Shown: one piece after another, positions 57,418-64,000 of the stretch
Numbering within the stretch: position 1 is the stretch's first letter
Layout of the letters: each line of letters starts with the position of its first letter
Source: an uncultured Acidobacteriota bacterium
GTDB taxonomy: Bacteria > Acidobacteriota > Thermoanaerobaculia > Multivoradales > UBA5704
NCBI GenBank assembly: GCA_963770895.1
Contig: CAVYRF010000001.1
Location: 1,824,001-1,888,000, forward strand
DNA: 64,000 nucleotides
Direction: 5' to 3'
Program-made: the position numbers and the translations under genes
Notes under the pieces: model-generated
Told to the model about the DNA's origin: nothing
The model's database searches: none
What the model saw: only the letters and a program-made list of their open reading frames with translations

Positions 57418-59013
57418 ATGACAGGAGAGAGGTCAGTCATTCTTGAGCGCGATCTTGCCGTGCCGATGCGCGACGGCACGCGCCTGTTTGTGAATCTTTT
57501 CCGCCCTGTGATTGAGCGGCCGCTGCCGGTCATCCTGTCGGTCACGCCCTATGGCAAGGATACGCTGCCGGATCGCCTGGTGAGTTTCTTCATGCGTCTT
57601 GCGGGGGTCAGGTTTGGCAAGGTCAGGTGCTCGCGCCTGACGGGCTTTGAAAGCCCGGACCCGGTCTACTGGGTCCAGCAGGGGTACGCCGTGCTGCAGG
57701 CGGATATCCGCGGCATGCACAGGTCCGAGGGCGAAGCGGGCGTGCTGCGGCTCAAGGACGCTGAAGACTACTACGACCTTATCGAATGGACGGCCGCCCA
57801 GGCGTGGTGCACGGGCCGCGTGGGGCTCCTGGGCGTCTCGTACCTGGCGATGTCGCAATGGTGCGTGGCAGCCCTCAGGCCACCTCACCTGAGCGCGATC
57901 GTGCCGTGGGAGGGTGTTACCGACCTGTACCGCGAGTTTGCGTTCCACGGTGGAATCCCCGAAACCAGGTTCGTGACGACCTGGTTCAAGATGCGCATCC
58001 AGCGAGGGCGGAATCGCCGTTTTCCGCTGGCGGAGGATTTCCTCGCGGAGAGAGACCGGCATGGTCTGGACGACGACTACTGGGAGACGAAGCGGCCCAT
58101 CCTTGAGAATATTCAGGTTCCCGCGTTGGTCTGCGCCAGCTGGTCCGACCAGGGGCTGCACACGCGCGGCTCCATCGTGGGATTCGAGCGCATCTCATCA
58201 GAGCAAAAATGGCTGTTCACGCACGGACGGAAAAAGTGGGAAACCTTTTACAGCGATGAGGCGCTCGCCTGCCAGAAGCGGTTCCTGGATCATTTCCTGC
58301 TGGACGTCGACAACGGGCAGGAGCGAGCGCCCAGGGTGCGCCTGGAGGTCCGCAAGGCTTTCTATCGACAGGACGTCCGCCATGAACAGTGCTGGCCCCT
58401 GCCGTCGGTCGAGCCGCTGCCGCTGTATCTCTGCGCGAACACCGGCCGCCTGCAGGCAGAGCCGGTCGCTGCCCAGGCGGAGGTGCGATATCGACCGGCG
58501 CGTCGCGGCGACAGGGCAGCCTTTACGCTGACGTTCGACCGCGCCACCGAGCTGGTCGGCAGCATGCGTCTGAAGCTCTGGGTCAGCACCTCCGAAGGTG
58601 ACGACCTGGACCTGTTCGTCGTGCTGCACAAGCTCGACGCCGCCGGGCGGCAGGTCTTCTTTTCCGGCTACAACGGCTACCGGCGCGATGCGGTCGCCAA
58701 GGGATGGCTGCGAGCCTCGCACCGTGCGCTGGATCCTGGGCGCAGCACGCCGCTGCGGCCATGGCACCCCCACACCCAGCTACAAACGCTGCGTGCGGGC
58801 GACGTCGTGCCGGTGGAAATCGAAATCCTGCCCTCGGCCACGCTGTTCGAGGCCGGTTCCACCTTGCAGCTGACCATCCAGGGTCACGATGCGGCCAGGT
58901 ACCCGGCCTTCGGTCATCGCCACCTGGTCAACCGTGGCTGGCACGCTATCTTCACCGGCGGCTCTTACGATTCGTGCATGGTCGTGCCGCTGAACAATCG
59001 GACTGCTCAATGA
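57418..59013 (+). CDS. CocE/NonD-family hydrolase
   Basis: MRDGTRL, TPYGK, D.RG...SEG, GVSYLA. Confidence 0.9.
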   Translation: MTGERSVILERDLAVPMRDGTRLFVNLFRPVIERPLPVILSVTPYGKDTLPDRLVSFFMRLAGVRFGKVRCSRLTGFESPDPVYWVQQGYAVLQADIRGMHRSEGEAGVLRLKDAEDYYDLIEWTAAQAWCTGRVGLLGVSYLAMSQWCVAALRPPHLSAIVPWEGVTDLYREFAFHGGIPETRFVTTWFKMRIQRGRNRRFPLAEDFLAERDRHGLDDDYWETKRPILENIQVPALVCASWSDQGLHTRGSIVGFERISSEQKWLFTHGRKKWETFYSDEALACQKRFLDHFLLDVDNGQERAPRVRLEVRKAFYRQDVRHEQCWPLPSVEPLPLYLCANTGRLQAEPVAAQAEVRYRPARRGDRAAFTLTFDRATELVGSMRLKLWVSTSEGDDLDLFVVLHKLDAAGRQVFFSGYNGYRRDAVAKGWLRASHRALDPGRSTPLRPWHPHTQLQTLRAGDVVPVEIEILPSATLFEAGSTLQLTIQGHDAARYPAFGHRHLVNRGWHAIFTGGSYDSCMVVPLNNRTAQ

Positions 59014-59176
59014 CCCGGGGATTGCGCAACGCCAGGTTTTGGTCCGCCTTGTCTGTCGGTGTGATGCCATGCCAGATTCGTGCAATCAATGGGTCCTCCG
59101 TGTGATCCGTTCGAACAGGGGAAGCTTGCCGGATAGCGCGCCCTTTGTTACGATTCCGCCAGGAGAACCAAAACTC

Positions 59177-59512
59177 ATGGCGATCTATTCGCGCGGCTGG
59201 GGCGACCTGGTCCCTGTCATCTGTTTGCTGCAATACGTCGTGACCAAGTGGGTGGTCAATTCGCTCAAGGGAGTACCGGATTTCTACACGACGCACGGCT
59301 GGCCCAAGTTCGTCGGCTGCCTGGCCGGCGGTTTCACCCTGTGGCTGGTGGGTCAGTACCTGCGCCGCAGGGACAAGCTCCGCTTCCTCGTCGATACGTC
59401 GACCGGTCAGCACATCCCCCTGCCGAGTGAAGACTCCTTCTCGGGTATTCCTGTCCGTTTCTGGGGGCTGATGCTGGCCGGGTTTGGTTGTTTGCTGCTC
59501 TTCGTCCCCTGA
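59177..59512 (+). CDS. Small membrane protein
   Basis: AGGAG RBS; three hydrophobic segments; IPVRFWG. Confidence 0.6.
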   Translation: MAIYSRGWGDLVPVICLLQYVVTKWVVNSLKGVPDFYTTHGWPKFVGCLAGGFTLWLVGQYLRRRDKLRFLVDTSTGQHIPLPSEDSFSGIPVRFWGLMLAGFGCLLLFVP

Positions 59513-59526
59513 TCCGCCGGCTTTGC

Positions 59527-60651
<1,125 letters not shown>

Positions 60652-60787
60652 CTACGTGTATGCTAGAAGTTTGCGCCGACCGGTCCGGCGCGCGCGTCGG
60701 GCCTATGGAGCCTTGTTTGGAGAGGGGAGCCTGGACGCCGCGTGGTCCGGCGGCCGTATCAACAATTGGACGAAAGCGAGGAAATCC

Positions 60788-62431
60788 ATGGCCGATCTCA
60801 GCAAACTCCCACAAGCGTCGAAAGCGTGTCTGCCTCCTGGGGTGGACGATCAACACGGCAAGGATGCGTTTGAAGTGCGTTTTGGCACCGCGACGCTGGA
60901 GGCGACGCCGACGGGCAGTGTGTCGCATCCGACCAATGGCGAGGAAGAGCGCTACGCGGACAAATCGGGCACGTACACCAAGTGTCTCAAGCAGGCGAGC
61001 TTTGGCGTGGTCGATCCGCATGCGTTCAAGCTTTTCCGCACGGCGCTCGGCACCGCCGACGGGTCGGTGGCTGGCACGGCCAACTTCGAGGTGCCGGGCC
61101 TGCTGGGTCTGGGGCGCAAGCTCAATGGACCGCTGGGCGCCTTCGCCCTGACGCTGGCGGGCGCCGATTCGCAGCACTTTGGCGCGCCGCTGGTGCCGCC
61201 GGCGCCCAGGGTGGACAGCCCCGAATACGCGACCGAGCTGGTCGAGCTGTACTGGGCTTCGCTGCTGCGCGACGTGCCGTTCACCGAGTATGCCGCCAAC
61301 GCCACCGCGATCGCCGCCGCGCAGGAGCTGACGAAGCTGGTGAAGTGGTACGCCGGCCCCACCGATCACGGCGTGGTGACGCCGGACCTTTTGTTCCGTG
61401 GCGGGCTCACGCTCTCGCACCATGGCAAGACGACCAGCTACTTTGCCGGCGAGACGATCGGACCCTATATGTCACAACTTGCCATCCGGCCGACCCAGCT
61501 GGGTGCTCAGCCGCTCGATCAGCTGCTGGACACGCTGGCGCCGGGCGTCGATTACATGAAGGACCTCGCTTCGTGGGCGGCGGTGCAGGACGGATTTACG
61601 CCGCCGCCGCCGCAGGCCGGCCCGACGCGGCAGTTCCTGCACGACGGCCGCGGCATCGCGGCGTTCACCCACGTCGACGAGCTCTACCAGGCGTACTTTG
61701 TCGCCTACCTGGTGCTCGAGACCCTGGGCATCGCGCCCAATCCCGACAGCCCCTACCTCAAGTTCAAGAATCAGCAGCCCTTCGGCACCTTCGGCGGGCC
61801 CGACATCGCCGGCACGCTGGGGGCGGTGGCGCGCGCGGCGATCAATGCGGTCTGGTATCAGAAGTGGATCGTCCACCTGCGCCACCGGCCCGAATCCGGC
61901 GGCGGCATCGTCGACCTCATCAAGACCGGCCAGGGCAACACGATCGACGCCAAGGTCGATCCCATCATCCTCAACTCGCAGGCGCTCCAGCAGAGCCACG
62001 CCCAGATCGGCAGCTACCTGCTGTCGCAGGCGTTCCCCGAAGGCTCGCCGGCCCACCCGGCCTATCCCACCGGGCACGGCACCGTCGCCGGCGCCTGCAT
62101 CACCGCGCTCAAGTTCTTTTACGACGGCGCGGCCATTGTCCCCAATCCGATGGTCCCCGCCGCGGACGGCTTGTCGCTTCTGCCCTACACCGGGCCCGAC
62201 GCCGGCGATCTGACCGTCAACGGCGAGCTGCACAAGCTCGCCCATAACATCTCCTTTGGCCACGGCATCCACGCCGGTATCCACTGGCGCAGCGACACGG
62301 ACTACTCGATGCTGCTCGGCGAGGCCGTGGCGCTCACCTTCCTGCAGGACCAGGCCTACACCTACAGGGAAGACTTTGCCGTGAGCCTTACCAAGATGGA
62401 CGGCACGACCGCCACGATCAAGAACTTCTAA
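60788..62431 (+). CDS. Vanadium-dependent haloperoxidase-like protein
   Basis: ELYW..L.RDVPF, QKW..HLRHRPE, HPAYPTGH, AGIHWRSD. Confidence 0.85.
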   Translation: MADLSKLPQASKACLPPGVDDQHGKDAFEVRFGTATLEATPTGSVSHPTNGEEERYADKSGTYTKCLKQASFGVVDPHAFKLFRTALGTADGSVAGTANFEVPGLLGLGRKLNGPLGAFALTLAGADSQHFGAPLVPPAPRVDSPEYATELVELYWASLLRDVPFTEYAANATAIAAAQELTKLVKWYAGPTDHGVVTPDLLFRGGLTLSHHGKTTSYFAGETIGPYMSQLAIRPTQLGAQPLDQLLDTLAPGVDYMKDLASWAAVQDGFTPPPPQAGPTRQFLHDGRGIAAFTHVDELYQAYFVAYLVLETLGIAPNPDSPYLKFKNQQPFGTFGGPDIAGTLGAVARAAINAVWYQKWIVHLRHRPESGGGIVDLIKTGQGNTIDAKVDPIILNSQALQQSHAQIGSYLLSQAFPEGSPAHPAYPTGHGTVAGACITALKFFYDGAAIVPNPMVPAADGLSLLPYTGPDAGDLTVNGELHKLAHNISFGHGIHAGIHWRSDTDYSMLLGEAVALTFLQDQAYTYREDFAVSLTKMDGTTATIKNF

Positions 62432-62449
62432 GATCTGCCAGTTTCCCGT

Positions 62450-62484
62450 CCCCGCTCCGTCCGCCCACGCCGGGCGGAGCGGGG
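62450..62484 (+). terminator. GC-rich hairpin after the haloperoxidase gene
   Basis: CCCCGCTCCG...CGGAGCGGGG inverted repeat; no clear U-tract. Confidence 0.45.
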
Positions 62485-62551
62485 CCGCGGAGGCTCGGCC
62501 GCCTGGGGGGCTGGGCCGCCTTGCCCAGGTGAATTGTGACAGCAACGCCTC

Positions 62552-62579
62552 TTGACACGTTGCCGCAGGCTGTTATGCT
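62552..62579 (+). promoter_or_regulatory. sigma70-type promoter
   Basis: TTGACA-16 bp-TATGCT with extended -10 TG. Confidence 0.7.
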
Positions 62580-62589
62580 GCGCGGCGTC

Positions 62590-62694
62590 ATGTCGCTCCT
62601 GCTCACCGCCCGAACTTCGATGTCCATGCCTATGCCCATGTCCGGCCCGGGAGGCCGGCGTCAAGGCCATCGGAGAGGGGAGGCGCGACCGTAA
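62590..62694 (+). CDS. Putative Met-rich leader peptide, 34 aa: MSLLLTARTSMSMPMPMSGPGGRRQGHRRGEARP
   Basis: ATG about 10 nt after the -10 box; Met codons at positions 11, 13, 15 and 17; upstream of a Met/Cys metabolism gene. Confidence 0.65.
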   Translation: MSLLLTARTSMSMPMPMSGPGGRRQGHRRGEARP

Positions 62695-62766
62695 CCCGCA
62701 AATCCGCCGCACATCGGAACCTCTCCTGTCGCGCTAGCAGCCGCTAGCAAAACAGCGACGCCGAAC

Positions 62767-62812
62767 GACGCCACCGCCCGGGCACCTCAAGGGTCGGTGG
62801 CGTTTTCGTTTT
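62767..62812 (+). terminator. Intrinsic terminator / attenuator hairpin
   Basis: GACGCCACCG/CGGTGGCGTT stem running into TTTTCGTTTT, inside the 5' leader. Confidence 0.75.
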
Positions 62813-62858
62813 CGGCGTCCTGCCGCGGGCCGCGGCATGCTTGACAGGAGAACCGATC

Positions 62859-64000
62859 ATGTTTGCAGGCGACACTTCCTTTGCCACTCGCGCCATCCAC
62901 GCCGGCTTGGAGCCGGACGCGGCGACCGGCGCGATTCTCACTCCGATCTATCAATCGACCACGTTCGCCCAGGCGGCGGTCGGACAAGATAAAGGTTTCA
63001 CCTACAGCCGCTCCGCCAACCCCACGGTGGCGGCGCTGGAGCGCAACCTGGGCGACCTGGAGGGCGCCGGGGCGCTGCCGGCGGTCTGCTTCGGCAGCGG
63101 CATGGCGGCGCTGACCGCGGTCTGCCTGGCGCTGCTGCAGAGCGGCGACCGCGTGGTGGTTTCGGACGTCGTCTACGGCGGCACGGTGCGGCTGCTGCGC
63201 CAGGTCCTGGCGCCGTTCGGCGTGCGGACCCAGGCGGTCGACACCGCCGACGGCCAGGCCCTGGCGGCGGCGCTGCGCGAACCGGCACGGCTGGTGGTCG
63301 TCGAATCGCCCGCCAATCCGACGCTCAAGCTGACCGACCTGGCGCTGGCCGCCGAGCTTGCCCACGCCGCCGGCGCTCTGCTGGTTGTCGACGGCACGCT
63401 GCTGACGCCCGTCCTGCAGCAGCCGCTGGCGCTGGGCGCCGACCTGGTGGTGCATTCGACGACCAAGTACCTGGAGGGGCACAACGCCACGGTGGGCGGC
63501 GCGGTGCTGGCCCGCGATCCGCAACTGATCGAAAAGCTTCGCTTCGCGCGCAACGCCACCGGCGGCATCCAGTCGCCGCACGAAGCCTGGCTCACCCTGC
63601 GCGGCATCAAGACGCTGCCGCTGCGCATGGAGCGCCACTGCGCCAATGCGCTGGCGGTGGCGCAATACCTGGCCGCGCACCCGCAGGTGGTGCGGCTGGC
63701 CTATCCCTGGCTGCCGTCGTTCCCGCAGGTCGAGCTGGCGCGGCGCCAGCAGCGCGGCGGCGGCGGCATCGTCGCCTTCGAGGTCGCGGGCGGCGCGGCG
63801 GCCGGGGTGCGGCTGCTCAACAGCGCCAGGCTTTGCGCCCTGGCGGAAAACCTGGGAGCGGTGGAGTCGCTGCTGACCCATCCGGCGTCGATGACGCACG
63901 CCTCGATCCCCCAGGCGGAGCGCCAGGCGCTGGGCATCGGCGACGGCCTGATCCGGTTGTCCGTCGGCCTGGAAGATCCGGCCGACATCCTTGCCGACCT
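62859..64000 (+). CDS. metB: Cystathionine gamma-synthase/lyase family PLP enzyme, 3'-partial
   Basis: Hand-translated (absent from ORF track): ATRAIHAG, TPIYQSTTF, YSRSANPT, ESPANP, HSTTKYLEGH, AENLGAVESL; AGGAG RBS. Confidence 0.85.
   Translation, partial: MFAGDTSFATRAIHAGLEPDAATGAILTPIYQSTTFAQAAVGQDKGFTYSRSANPTVAALERNLGDLEGAGALPAVCFGSGMAALTAVCLALLQSGDRVVVSDVVYGGTVRLLRQVLAPFGVRTQAVDTADGQALAAALREPARLVVVESPANPTLKLTDLALAAELAHAAGALLVVDGTLLTPVLQQPLALGADLVVHSTTKYLEGHNATVGGAVLARDPQLIEKLRFARNATGGIQSPHEAWLTLRGIKTLPLRMERHCANALAVAQYLAAHPQVVRLAYPWLPSFPQVELARRQQRGGGGIVAFEVAGGAAAGVRLLNSARLCALAENLGAVESLLTHPASMTHASIPQAERQALGIGDGLIRLSVGLEDPADILAD

Noticed and set aside
62600-62820. SAM-I riboswitch or T-box
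   Set aside because: I could not find the SAM-I core (AUC..GAG...GCAAC...GUGC...GAU) or the T-box GGUGG.ACC consensus; Rfam should still be run.

Overview
GC-rich bacterial window; gene content suggests Acidobacteriota/Thermoanaerobaculia-like DNA (inference). It opens in the 3' part of an NRPS (A-T-C-A[Ser-like]-T-sulfotransferase-TE). About 6.4-22.2 kb is a decayed accessory island ending at tRNA-Leu(TAA). The island holds two Cys-rich RiPP-precursor-like genes missed by the ORF track, one with a leaderless variant copy (239-bp direct repeats around a CHAT protease/membrane-protein pair). It also holds a grasp-with-SPASM graspetide locus with its own precursor, a shattered secreted-protein gene, a HigBA-type TA pair between att repeats, and relaxase, integrase and IstB scars. 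Further on are a stand-alone T-C*-A-T-TE NRPS, a hydroxyproline catabolic operon led by a DUF885 gene, a penicillin-acylase-family gene, assorted envelope/redox/signalling genes and a vanadium-haloperoxidase-like gene. The window ends in a cystathionine gamma-synthase-family gene preceded by what looks like a Met-codon leader-peptide attenuator. Best leads: the Met attenuator, the Ser-module plus CurM-type sulfotransferase NRPS terminus, and the duplicated RiPP core cassette. All calls come from motif recognition by eye; no searches were run.
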